Part shown: piece after piece, positions 54,167 through 64,000 of the stretch
Layout of the letters: each line of letters begins with the position of its first letter
Numbering within the stretch: position 1 is the stretch's first letter
NCBI GenBank assembly: GCA_049597955.1
Contig: JBMYND010000006.1
Location: forward strand, 19,928 to 83,927
DNA: 64,000 bases
DNA from: Parvibaculales bacterium
GTDB lineage: Bacteria; Pseudomonadota; Alphaproteobacteria; RS24
Reading direction: 5' to 3'
Made by a program: the position numbers and the translations under genes
Notes under the pieces: generated by a model
The model's input: the letters and a program-made list of their open reading frames with translations, nothing else
Told to the model about the DNA's origin: nothing
Database searches by the model: none

Positions 54167-55144
54167 ATGCGCGCCTTACAAGTTACCGATTTGCTGCCCG
54201 ATTTTGCCGGTTGCCAACTGGCCGAAACCGCCATGCCGGAGATTGGCGCCAATGATGTGCTGGTTAAAATTCGCGCCGCCGCATTGGGCTTTCCCGATTT
54301 GCTGATGACGCATGGCGGCTACCAGCACAAGCCTGACTTGCCGTTTGTGCCGGGGGCAGAATTTGCCGGCGAGCTGGTCGCTTGCGGCGATGCGGTGCGC
54401 GGTTTTGCTGTCGGTGACCGCGTGGTGACCGGACGGCTTGGCGGCTTTGCCGAATATGCCGCCTGCCCGGCCGATATGGTGCGCCATGTGCCGGATAATA
54501 TGAGCTATGCCGAAGCAGCGGCCACCGGTGCGGCTTATTTGACCGCCTATGTATCGCTGGTGCGGCGCGGCCATTTGCAGGCCGGTGAATGGCTGCTGGT
54601 GCATGGCGCAGCCGGCGGGGTTGGGCTGGCGGCGGTTGATTTGGCGCGGCATTTGGGTGCGAAAATCATTGTTACCGCCTCAAGCGCAGAAAAATTGGCC
54701 ATTATCCAAGAAAAATACGCGCCAGAAGCCGCCTTAAACGTCAATGACGGCTTCCGGGAGCAGGTGAAGGAAATCACCGGCGGCGGGGCGGATGTGATTT
54801 ATGACCCGGTGGGCGGCGATGTATTTGATGAAAGCGTGCGCTGCATTGCTTGGGGCGGGCGTTTGCTGGTGGTCGGCTTTGCTTCCGGGCGCATTCCCGC
54901 CATCACCGCCAATATGCCCTTGATAAAAGGGTTTTCCGTGGTTGGTGTGCGGGCCGGTGAGTTTGGCCGCAAAGACCCTGAAAAGGGGCGCGAAAACACC
55001 GAAGCCATATGGCGATTGGCGGCGCAAGGGGCGATAAGCCCGCATGTGCATGATATTGTGCCGCTTGCCGCTTGGCGCGACGCATTTGAGGCGATGCGCG
55101 CGCGGCAAATTGTCGGGCGCATTGTCATTGACCCAAGCCGCTGA
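54167..55144 (+). CDS. NADPH:quinone oxidoreductase / zinc-type alcohol dehydrogenase superfamily (MDR)
   Basis: MRALQV start, GFPDLLMTHGGYQ, nucleotide-binding VHGAAGGVGLAAV. Confidence 0.8.
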   Translation: MRALQVTDLLPDFAGCQLAETAMPEIGANDVLVKIRAAALGFPDLLMTHGGYQHKPDLPFVPGAEFAGELVACGDAVRGFAVGDRVVTGRLGGFAEYAACPADMVRHVPDNMSYAEAAATGAAYLTAYVSLVRRGHLQAGEWLLVHGAAGGVGLAAVDLARHLGAKIIVTASSAEKLAIIQEKYAPEAALNVNDGFREQVKEITGGGADVIYDPVGGDVFDESVRCIAWGGRLLVVGFASGRIPAITANMPLIKGFSVVGVRAGEFGRKDPEKGRENTEAIWRLAAQGAISPHVHDIVPLAAWRDAFEAMRARQIVGRIVIDPSR

Positions 55145-55220
55145 AACAGCCGGTAAAACCCCCTGTCGCGCTGGCGCGCAAGGCCATTGAAAATTGCCCG
55201 GTTTTGCCCCCCATTTTCGC

Positions 55221-55248
55221 TTGACTTGGGGCTTTGCGGCGGTATATT
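55221..55248 (+). promoter_or_regulatory. Candidate sigma70 promoter of rplU-rpmA
   Basis: TTGACT (55221-55226), 16-nt spacer, TATATT (55243-55248). Confidence 0.5.
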
Positions 55249-55334
55249 CGCCGCTCATTCGCCGCAGCTTGCTCGCGGCGGTTTTCACGCGGGGTTTGCC
55301 CGCCAGGAATGACCACCCGACAGGGATGAAGACA

Positions 55335-55721
55335 ATGTTTGCAGTTATCCGCACAGGCGGTAAACAATATAAAGTCAGCAAGGATGACATTATCACGGTT
55401 GAGCGCCTTGAGGCCAAAGCCGGTGAGAAAGTCACATTTGATGATGTTTTAATGCTGGGCGAGAACGGCAAAGAGCCGAAAATCGGCGAGCCGACAATAT
55501 CCGGCGCCAGCGTGGTCGCTGAAGTGGTTGACCAAGGACGCGCCGACAAGGTGACGGTCATTAAATTCCGTCGCCGCAAAAATTATCACCGCACCAAAGG
55601 CCATAAGCAGCACCAGACGGTTTTGAAAATCACCGATATTGCTGCCAAAGCGGCCAAAAAGGCGGCAGCAAAAGCCGAAGCACCGGCAGAAGATGCGGCT
55701 GAAAGCGGCAGCGAGGAGTAA
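55335..55721 (+). CDS. rplU: 50S ribosomal protein L21 with Ala/Lys-rich C-terminal extension
   Basis: MFAVIRTGGKQYKV. Confidence 0.95.
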   Translation: MFAVIRTGGKQYKVSKDDIITVERLEAKAGEKVTFDDVLMLGENGKEPKIGEPTISGASVVAEVVDQGRADKVTVIKFRRRKNYHRTKGHKQHQTVLKITDIAAKAAKKAAAKAEAPAEDAAESGSEE

Positions 55722-55724
55722 GAG

Positions 55725-55994
55725 ATGGCACATAAAAAGGCAGGCGGTTCATCCCGTAACGGGCGCGACAGTGAAGGTCGCCGCCTCGGCGTCAAGAAAT
55801 TCGGCGGCGAGCATGTGATTCCGGGCAATATTATTGTCCGCCAGCGCGGCACAAAATGGCACCCCGGCGACAATGTCGGTATTGGCAAAGACCATACAAT
55901 TTTTGCCACGGTGGAAGGCAATGTGCAATTTTCCGTCGCCCGCGGCGGACGCTCATTGGTTTCGGTAACGCCATTGGCCGACGCGGCAGAATAG
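55725..55994 (+). CDS. rpmA: 50S ribosomal protein L27
   Basis: [24 protein letters not shown]. Confidence 0.97.
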   Translation: MAHKKAGGSSRNGRDSEGRRLGVKKFGGEHVIPGNIIVRQRGTKWHPGDNVGIGKDHTIFATVEGNVQFSVARGGRSLVSVTPLADAAE

Positions 55995-56034
55995 GCCGAC
56001 ACGCGGCCTGCAGCGAACGGGCCGATAAATATCA

Positions 56035-56063
56035 GGGAGATGGCCCGCCATCTCCCTTTTTTT
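56035..56063 (+). terminator. Rho-independent terminator after rpmA
   Basis: GGGAGATGG-CCCG-CCATCTCCC followed by TTTTTTT. Confidence 0.9.
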
Positions 56064-56150
56064 ATGCCGGCAGATAAAGCTGTTGGCAGGCAAATGGCGG
56101 ATAGCTCTAGGCAGAGGCGCGCAAAGCCCGTAAATTAGCTTGGCGCATGA

Positions 56151-57239
<1,089 letters not shown>

Positions 57240-57243
57240 GCAG

Positions 57244-58377
57244 ATGCATAAGGAAATTACTGAAGCCCGCCTGATTGTCATTAAAATCGGCTCATCCTTG
57301 CTGATTGACAAAAATCGGTTGCATATGGGGTGGCTGGCCGCCATGGCGCAAGATATCGCCGCCTTGCGCGCCAATGGCGCGCGGGTGGTGGTGGTGTCGT
57401 CCGGCGCGGTCGGGCTGGGCGCGGGACAATTGGGTCTGGCGCGCGCCACCATGACGCTGGAACAAAGCCAAGCCGCCGCCGCAATCGGCCAAATCGCTTT
57501 GGCGCGCGGCTGGCAAGAAGCCTTGGCCGGGCTGGATATACCGATTGCCCAAATCTTGCTGACCATTGAAGACACAGAGCAGAGACGGCGTTATCTCAAT
57601 GCCCGCAACACCATTCACGCGCTGCTCGATTTGGGTGCCGTGCCAATTATCAATGAAAATGACACAGTGGCGACGCAAGAATTACGCTATGGCGATAATG
57701 ACCGGCTGGCGGCGCGTGTCGCCGGAATGGTATCGGCTGATTGCCTGTTGCTGCTGTCCGATATTGACGGCTTTTACACCAGCAATCCCGACACGGACAC
57801 GCAAGGCGCGGCGGAGCTGATTGAGCAAGTCAGCGAAATGACCCCGCAATTGCGCGCCATGGCCGGTGGCACGGGCAGCAGCTATGGCTCCGGCGGCATG
57901 GTGACCAAACTTGAAGCCGCCGATATTGCCATGCGCGCCGGCTGTCACATGGTATTGACCACGGGGCGGCCTCTGCGTCCGCTGCAAGCCCTCCAAAATG
58001 GCGGGCGCTCAACCCTGTTTCGCGCCGCCGACAATCCCTATGGCGCGCGCAAAAATTGGATTGCCGGCAGTCTGCAACCTTCCGGCAGCCTGCATATTGA
58101 TGCCGGTGCGCTGGATGCGCTGCATCAGGGCAAATCGCTTTTGCCGGTCGGCATTAAATCGGTTGAGGGCCAATTTGAGCGCGGTGATTGTGTGCATATT
58201 ATCGGGCCGGATGGCGCAATGATTGGGCGCGGGCTGAGCGCCTATGCCAGCGCCGATGCGCTGCTTATTATCGGGCGGCCAAGCGGCGAAATCAGCGATG
58301 TTCTCGGCTTTCAGGGACGCGCCGAAATGGTGCATCGCGACGACCTTGTTATGCAAATCGGCGAAAACCCGTTATAA
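57244..58377 (+). CDS. proB: Glutamate 5-kinase
   Basis: [19 protein letters not shown]-terminal PUA-like region. Confidence 0.93.
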   Translation: MHKEITEARLIVIKIGSSLLIDKNRLHMGWLAAMAQDIAALRANGARVVVVSSGAVGLGAGQLGLARATMTLEQSQAAAAIGQIALARGWQEALAGLDIPIAQILLTIEDTEQRRRYLNARNTIHALLDLGAVPIINENDTVATQELRYGDNDRLAARVAGMVSADCLLLLSDIDGFYTSNPDTDTQGAAELIEQVSEMTPQLRAMAGGTGSSYGSGGMVTKLEAADIAMRAGCHMVLTTGRPLRPLQALQNGGRSTLFRAADNPYGARKNWIAGSLQPSGSLHIDAGALDALHQGKSLLPVGIKSVEGQFERGDCVHIIGPDGAMIGRGLSAYASADALLIIGRPSGEISDVLGFQGRAEMVHRDDLVMQIGENPL

Positions 58378-58417
58378 ACTTATGAGCCGGGACGCGCCGC
58401 AAACAGGAGACACAAAC

Positions 58418-59686
58418 ATGTCCGACAAGCTGACAGAAATTATGAACGCGCTGGGCGCCAATGCGCGCCGCGCCGCACGCACGCTGGGTGTGGCGTCAAC
58501 CGCGCTGAAAAATCAGGCTTTGCAGGCCGCTGCCGATGAATTGCGCAAAGACAGCACAGCGATTTTGCAAGCCAATCAGGAAGATTTGAAGCTGGCCGAG
58601 GCTGAGGGCGTCAACAAGGCGCGGCTTGACCGCATCATGCTTGATGAGGCGCGCCTTGAAGGCATTGCCAAGGCGCTTGAAGCGATTATTGCCCTGCCCG
58701 ATCCGGTCGGCGAAAGCATGGCGCGCTGGCAAGTGCCAAGCGGGTTGGATATTGACCGCGTGCGTGTGCCTTTGGGGGTGATTGGCGTGATTTATGAAAG
58801 CCGCCCCAATGTTACCGCCGATGCGGCGGGGCTGTGCCTGAAATCGGGCAATGCGGTTATTTTGCGCGGCAGTTCGGAAATCCAAAATTCGGCAAAGCTG
58901 ATACATGGCTGTTTTGCCCGCGCGCTGGAAAGCGTTGGGCTTGACCGCGATTGCGTCCAAATTGTGCCGAGTGCCGACCGCGCCGCTGTTGGCCTGATGC
59001 TGGCCGGTTTGGACGGGGCGATTGATGTGATTGTGCCGCGCGGCGGCAAAGGTCTGGTCGGGCGTGTGCAGGATGAAGCGCGCGTGCCGGTGTTTGCCCA
59101 TCTTGACGGCGTCTGCCATGTCTATGTGCATGATGCGGCTGATTTGGACATGGCCAAGCAGGTTTTGGTCAATGCCAAAATGCGCCGCACCGGTATTTGC
59201 GGGGCCGCCGAAACCTTACTGGTCGATGCCGCTTGCGCCGACAGCCATTTGGCCCCGCTGATTGGCGCATTGATTGACGCCGATTGCGCCGTGCGCGGCG
59301 ATGCTGCTGCTTGCGCCGCCGATGCGCGGGTGACACAAGCGCAGGAAGATGATTGGTATGAGGAATATCTCGACGCCATTATCGCCGTGCGTGTGGTGCC
59401 GGATATAGAGGCCGCCATGGCGCATATCACCCAATATGGCTCCGGCCATACAGAAGCGATTGTGACCGGCGATGCTGAAGCGGCGGAGACTTTTCTCAAT
59501 AATGTGGACAGTGCGATTGTCATGCATAATGCCTCGACGCAATTTGCCGATGGCGGTGAATTTGGCATGGGCGCGGAAATCGGCATTGCCACCGGGCGGT
59601 TTCACGCGCGCGGGCCGGTCGGGTTGGAGCAATTGACCAGTTTCAAATATAAAGTGCGCGGCCATGGTGAAACGCGCCCCAAATAG
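58418..59686 (+). CDS. proA: Glutamate-5-semialdehyde dehydrogenase
   Basis: IYESRPNVT, catalytic Cys in [27 protein letters not shown]. Start at the ATG preceded by AGGAGA. Confidence 0.93.
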   Translation: MSDKLTEIMNALGANARRAARTLGVASTALKNQALQAAADELRKDSTAILQANQEDLKLAEAEGVNKARLDRIMLDEARLEGIAKALEAIIALPDPVGESMARWQVPSGLDIDRVRVPLGVIGVIYESRPNVTADAAGLCLKSGNAVILRGSSEIQNSAKLIHGCFARALESVGLDRDCVQIVPSADRAAVGLMLAGLDGAIDVIVPRGGKGLVGRVQDEARVPVFAHLDGVCHVYVHDAADLDMAKQVLVNAKMRRTGICGAAETLLVDAACADSHLAPLIGALIDADCAVRGDAAACAADARVTQAQEDDWYEEYLDAIIAVRVVPDIEAAMAHITQYGSGHTEAIVTGDAEAAETFLNNVDSAIVMHNASTQFADGGEFGMGAEIGIATGRFHARGPVGLEQLTSFKYKVRGHGETRPK

Positions 59687-59691
59687 CCAAG

Positions 59692-60300
59692 ATGAGTCAG
59701 CATGTCAGACATTATCCGCGCGGCCTGACCATTGGTCTGTTTGGCGGCAGTTTCGACCCGCCCCATGACGGCCATCGGCAAGTCTCACTGGCGGCGCTGA
59801 AGGCGCTCGGCCTTGATTATGTCTGGTGGCTGGTCAGCCCGCAAAACCCGCTCAAAACGCGCGCGCCCGACACAATGGCTGGCCGGCTGGCGGCGGCGCG
59901 AAAACTGGCCGCGCATCCGCATATCCATGTTTCCGACCCGGAAACCGCGCTTGGCACGCGCTATGCCATAGACACGGTGCGCGCCTTGAAAGCACGCAAT
60001 CCCGGCGTCCATTTTATCTGGCTGATGGGGGCTGATAATTTTGCAAGCCTGCACCATTGGCGCGACTGGCAAGGCTTGATGGCGGAAGTGCCAATAGCGG
60101 TTTATCCGCGCCCCGGCCATACGCTGCGCGCCATGACCGGCATGGCGGCCATACGCTTTGCCCAATATCGCCACGCCACGCAAATGGCAGGCGCTTTCAA
60201 ACATTTCCGCGCGCCGGGCTGGGTTTTGCTGCAAGGCCGGTTGAACCCTGCCTCATCAACCGCCCTGCGACACAATCGAGACAGGCAAAAAGCCGATTGA
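59692..60300 (+). CDS. nadD: Nicotinate-nucleotide adenylyltransferase
   Basis: GLFGGSFDPPHDGH nucleotidyltransferase motif. Confidence 0.9.
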   Translation: MSQHVRHYPRGLTIGLFGGSFDPPHDGHRQVSLAALKALGLDYVWWLVSPQNPLKTRAPDTMAGRLAAARKLAAHPHIHVSDPETALGTRYAIDTVRALKARNPGVHFIWLMGADNFASLHHWRDWQGLMAEVPIAVYPRPGHTLRAMTGMAAIRFAQYRHATQMAGAFKHFRAPGWVLLQGRLNPASSTALRHNRDRQKAD

Positions 60301-60416
60301 AATATGTAACAAAGCAGGGTTACACTCAGCCTCAAGGGTCGGATGACCTTTACGCTTTGTCTTTATGCTTTGTCTTTGGACAGAAATGGGGAAACGCTCT
60401 GAGCGACAAAACGCCA

Positions 60417-60836
60417 TTGGCACAATCACAGAGACCCGATCAGTGGGACGGCTCTCTGCATAATTTGGTTCTGGACAGCCTTGATGATGATTTGGCGCAG
60501 GACATCACATCAATTGACCTGAGCGGCAAATCGGCGATTGCCGACCATATGGTGATTGCGACTGGACGCTCGCAACGCCATGTTGGTGCGCTGGCCGACC
60601 ATTTGCTGCGCAAATTGAAAGCGGTCGGGTGCAAAAATGTCCGCACGGAAGGACAAAATGCCTGCGATTGGGTGTTGGTTGACGCCGGCGATGTGGTGGT
60701 TCACATTTTCCGCGCCGAAGTGCGCGCCTTTTACGGGCTTGAAAAAATGTGGGGCTCTGAATTGCCGGAAGAAACCGCCCTGTCGCATGAGGCCGACACA
60801 AATGACAGGACGGGTCAGGCCGGACTGGGCGCATAG
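60417..60836 (+). CDS. rsfS: Ribosomal silencing factor RsfS (start uncertain: in-frame TTG at 60417 or 60297, no in-frame ATG)
   Basis: LDDDLAQDITSIDLSGKSAIADHMVIATGRSQRHVGALADHL...DWVLVDAGDVVVHIF. Confidence 0.75.
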   Translation: MAQSQRPDQWDGSLHNLVLDSLDDDLAQDITSIDLSGKSAIADHMVIATGRSQRHVGALADHLLRKLKAVGCKNVRTEGQNACDWVLVDAGDVVVHIFRAEVRAFYGLEKMWGSELPEETALSHEADTNDRTGQAGLGA

Positions 60837-60851
60837 GGCGGCGACGCCGAT

Positions 60852-61337
60852 ATGCTGCTGAAAATTGTCGCCATAGGGCAGATGCGCGGCACAGCGGAAG
60901 CCGATTTATTTGACACTTATCGCAGCCGCGCCGCAGCCGCCGGCCGGGCGATTGGCCTTGGCGGCCCTGAACTCATTGAATTGCGCGACCGCAATAAATC
61001 TGCCGGTGACGCCCGACAAGCACAGGAAAATGACTTGCTGACCCGCACCAAAGAACAGCAGGAAGGTATCGCCATTATGCTGGATGAACGCGGCAAAAAC
61101 CTGACCAGCCGCGCCTTTGCCGAAAAGCTGGGCGGCTGGCGCGATAATGGCGCTGCCCAAGCGACATTTTATTTGGGCGGCGCGGACGGGTTGACGCCGG
61201 ATTTGCGCGCACAGGGCGATTTGCTTTTATCGTTGGGGGCGATGACATGGCCGCATATGCTGGCACGGGTGATGCTGGCTGAGCAGATTTGGCGCGCCGT
61301 CTCCATTCTCTCAAACCACCCTTATCATCGGGATTGA
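60852..61337 (+). CDS. rlmH: 23S rRNA (pseudouridine1915-N3)-methyltransferase RlmH
   Basis: 161 aa SPOUT-type protein, C-terminal EQIWRAVSILSNHPYH. Position after rsfS. Confidence 0.9.
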   Translation: MLLKIVAIGQMRGTAEADLFDTYRSRAAAAGRAIGLGGPELIELRDRNKSAGDARQAQENDLLTRTKEQQEGIAIMLDERGKNLTSRAFAEKLGGWRDNGAAQATFYLGGADGLTPDLRAQGDLLLSLGAMTWPHMLARVMLAEQIWRAVSILSNHPYHRD

Positions 61338-61339
61338 CC

Positions 61340-62539
61340 ATGTTGCGCTTTGCCTGTCCGGCCAGAATATATGCCCCTGCCATGCCGACCGGATTTGCAC
61401 TCTGGCTTGCGCTTGCGCTTTTGCTTGGGCCTGATTTGGCAAAGGCGCAATCTGCCCGAAACGGGCTTGACGCGATTAACAGCGAGATTAAAAACCGCGA
61501 GCAGCGCGCCGCCGAATTGCAAGCGCAGGCCGATGCGGTGCAAGCGCAACGCAAGCAATTGCAAAAACGCATTATCGCGCTGGCAGCCGATTTGCGGGCG
61601 ATTGATATTGAACGCACGCGGCTGGAAGACAGGCTTGGCGATTTGGCTTTGGCCGAGAGCCAGCTTGATGCCCGCTTGCAGGCCGACCGCGCCGCCCTGT
61701 CGCGCACTTTGGCCGGACTGCAGGCCATGCAAGTGCAACCGCCGCCCGCCTTTGCCGTGCATCCCGATGACGCATTGGCCGCCGTCCAGGGTGCGCTGGT
61801 CATGACCTCCATTGTGCCGACCATGCAAATGCGGGCCGATGATTTAAGCGACCGACTGACCGAATTATCGGCCATTCGCCGCCGCATTGACAAGCAATCA
61901 GCCGCTTTGGTGACTGCCGAGCAAGATGCCCAATCCGCCCGCGCCGAATTGGATATTGCTTTGGCCGGTAAAGCCGAGGCCGAAAAGGCGTTGCGCGCGC
62001 GCGCCGAAAAGGAAGCACGCGTCATTGCAAGGCTGGTGCGCGAAGCGCGCTCCTTGCGCGAATTGTCGCAGAAACTGGCAGAAAGACGTCGCCGCAATGC
62101 GCCGCCCGAGGCCAAATCCGGCTTTGCTTCGGCGCGCGGCCTGCTGCCCTTGCCGGTAAATGGCGAGATTATCTCTGATTATGGCAGCAATGGTGACACT
62201 GGCGTGCGGCAGCAAGGCATGACGATTGCCGCGCGCGCCGGGGCGCAAATCACCGCCCCCTATGATGGGCGGATTCTTTATGCCGGGCCATTCCGCCAAT
62301 ATGGCAGTATCATTATCTTGTCTTTCGACACCAGCTATCAGATGATATTGGCGGGGATGGACAAAACCCGTGCCTATGTCGGCCAGCAAGTGCTGACCGG
62401 TGAGCCGGTCGGTGAACTTCCGGTTGCCAATGGTCTGGTCAGCACAGATTTGGACACGCGGCGGCAACTCTATATGGAATTGCGATATGATGGCAGCCCC
62501 ATTGACCCGTCGCCCTGGTTGCGGGATATAAGCGGGTAG
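61340..62539 (+). CDS. Murein hydrolase activator EnvC-like (coiled coil + degenerate LytM/M23 domain)
   Basis: Signal peptide, long Ala/Gln/Arg coiled coil. The C-terminal M23-like fold lacks the metal-binding His residues (APYDGRILYAG...IIILSF). Confidence 0.8.
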   Translation: MLRFACPARIYAPAMPTGFALWLALALLLGPDLAKAQSARNGLDAINSEIKNREQRAAELQAQADAVQAQRKQLQKRIIALAADLRAIDIERTRLEDRLGDLALAESQLDARLQADRAALSRTLAGLQAMQVQPPPAFAVHPDDALAAVQGALVMTSIVPTMQMRADDLSDRLTELSAIRRRIDKQSAALVTAEQDAQSARAELDIALAGKAEAEKALRARAEKEARVIARLVREARSLRELSQKLAERRRRNAPPEAKSGFASARGLLPLPVNGEIISDYGSNGDTGVRQQGMTIAARAGAQITAPYDGRILYAGPFRQYGSIIILSFDTSYQMILAGMDKTRAYVGQQVLTGEPVGELPVANGLVSTDLDTRRQLYMELRYDGSPIDPSPWLRDISG

Positions 62540-62547
62540 AGTGAACA

Positions 62548-63975
62548 ATGTTTGGAGCGCATAACATGGCAAGAAAACCACATAATACAGGCAAAAATAC
62601 ATGGCAGGCCGTGGCATCTTCCCTGCATGTCTTGATAATGGCGGGCGCTTTGCTGCTGGCCGCGCCAATCACCGCACGCGCCGCCGATAATGACGGAGAA
62701 ACCGACAATAGTGAGCTTTACCGGCAATTGACCCTGTTCGGCGATGTGCTGGAACAGGTGCGGCAAAATTATGTCGATGCGCCCGGCGATGAGGAACTTA
62801 TCGAGGCCGCATTGACCGGCATGTTATCCTCGCTTGACCCGCATTCGGCTTATTTGCCGCCCAAGGGTTTTGAGGATATGCAAGTGCAGACCAAAGGCGA
62901 GTTTGGCGGGCTTGGCATTGAAGTGACGATGGAAAAAGGGTTGGTCAAAGTGATTGCCCCGATTGATGACACACCGGCCCAGCGCGCCGGTATGCGCCCC
63001 AATGATTTGATTTCGCATCTTGATGGCGAAGCGATTATGGGCCTGACACTGGCCGATGCGGTTGAGCTTATGCGCGGCGAAAAGGGCAAACCCATTACGC
63101 TGACCGTTTTGCGCGAAGGCGAGGATGAGCCGCTCGACATCACCATTATCCGCGACATTATCAAAATCCGCGCCGTGCGCAGCCGGGTTGAGGGGGCGGA
63201 TGAAAATATCGCCTATATTCGCATCACCACATTTAATGCGCAGACCACGCGCAATTTGAAAAAAGCCCTGTCCGAATTGCCGGCGCAAATCGGCAGTGCC
63301 AAGCTGGCCGGTTTCATTATCGACTTGCGCAATAATCCCGGCGGGCTGTTGAGCCAGGCGGTGAAAGTGGCCGACACGCTGCTTGATTATGGCGAGATTG
63401 TCTCAACACGCGGACGCCATCCCGATGACAGTTCGCGCTATTCGGCACGGCGCGGCGACATGGCGCGCGGCCATCCGGTGGTGGTGATGATAAATGGCGG
63501 CTCGGCCTCGGCATCAGAAATTGTCGCCGGTGCGCTGCAAGACCATCACCGCGCCATTGTGCTAGGCACGCAAAGTTTCGGCAAAGGCTCGGTGCAGACG
63601 ATTGTGCCATTGCCCAATAATGGGGCGGTGCGGATGACAACGGCGCGCTATTTCACCCCGTCGGGACGCTCTATTCAGGCGCTTGGCATTACGCCGGATA
63701 TTGTTGCCGAACAAGTGCTGCCGGAAGATTTGCAAAAGCGCGAAGGCCGCAGCGAAGCCGATTTGCGCGGCTCGCTGGATGGTGTTGACATTGACGGGTC
63801 GAGCAATGAGACCGAGCAGAAAAAACGCAAGCGTCCGGTCGCTTATATTCCGCGCGAGCCGGAAGAAGACGCGCAATTACAAACCGCCATTCAATTGCTG
63901 ACCACGCTGAAAAAGGCCGAAAGCGCGGGCCTTGATGCGGTGCAGGAAGATTTGGCCAAATTGGGCAATCTATGA
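62548..63975 (+). CDS. ctpA: Carboxy-terminal processing peptidase (S41)
   Basis: PDZ region GIEVTMEKGLVKVIAPIDDTPAQRAG, nucleophile region INGGSASASEIVAGALQD, SFGKGSVQT. Confidence 0.9.
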   Translation: MFGAHNMARKPHNTGKNTWQAVASSLHVLIMAGALLLAAPITARAADNDGETDNSELYRQLTLFGDVLEQVRQNYVDAPGDEELIEAALTGMLSSLDPHSAYLPPKGFEDMQVQTKGEFGGLGIEVTMEKGLVKVIAPIDDTPAQRAGMRPNDLISHLDGEAIMGLTLADAVELMRGEKGKPITLTVLREGEDEPLDITIIRDIIKIRAVRSRVEGADENIAYIRITTFNAQTTRNLKKALSELPAQIGSAKLAGFIIDLRNNPGGLLSQAVKVADTLLDYGEIVSTRGRHPDDSSRYSARRGDMARGHPVVVMINGGSASASEIVAGALQDHHRAIVLGTQSFGKGSVQTIVPLPNNGAVRMTTARYFTPSGRSIQALGITPDIVAEQVLPEDLQKREGRSEADLRGSLDGVDIDGSSNETEQKKRKRPVAYIPREPEEDAQLQTAIQLLTTLKKAESAGLDAVQEDLAKLGNL

Positions 63976-64000
63976 ACGGGCCAATGCAAGCAGATAGCAC

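Noticed and set aside
63972-64000. Start of another gene (ATGA overlap with the ctpA stop; MNGPMQADS...)
   Set aside because: Only 29 nt lie inside the window, too little to support a call.

Overview
64-kb chromosomal segment with alphaproteobacterial core synteny: ffs-dnaX-recR, pheA-kdsB-cytochrome c, and rplU-rpmA-obg-proB-proA-nadD-rsfS-rlmH-envC-ctpA. Three accessory blocks are interleaved with this core. (1) 1.4-20.5 kb is a TonB-dependent beta-1,3-glucan (laminarin-type) utilisation locus with two GH16, one GH3, a TonB-dependent receptor (TBDR), a LacI regulator and two Na+/solute symporters. It contains an AT-rich insert encoding SapC, a JmjC-type cupin and two flavin-dependent 'tryptophan halogenase' paralogues, the last translationally coupled to a GH16 laminarinase. 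This is the best candidate here for a conserved but functionally undescribed system. (2) 26.9-38.6 kb holds the yejABEF peptide importer, a cytoplasmic NlpC/P60 peptidase, an M17 aminopeptidase, an SDR and two CYP153-like P450 genes that each carry the same 18-bp palindromic operator. (3) 38.7-54 kb starts at tRNA-Ser(CGA) and encodes a secreted thermonuclease, a PhoD-like phosphatase, an Oar-like TBDR and an S1/P1 nuclease, which together look like an extracellular nucleic-acid/phosphorus scavenging locus. It continues with a stand-alone cNMP-binding protein, a TonB2-type energising cluster (DUF3450/TtpC-like/ExbB/ExbD/TonB/TPR) and a third TBDR. I saw no CRISPR array, prophage, transposase, integrase or recognisable defence gene. 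All calls rest on reading the supplied translations and DNA by eye. Family names come from motif recognition, not from database searches.
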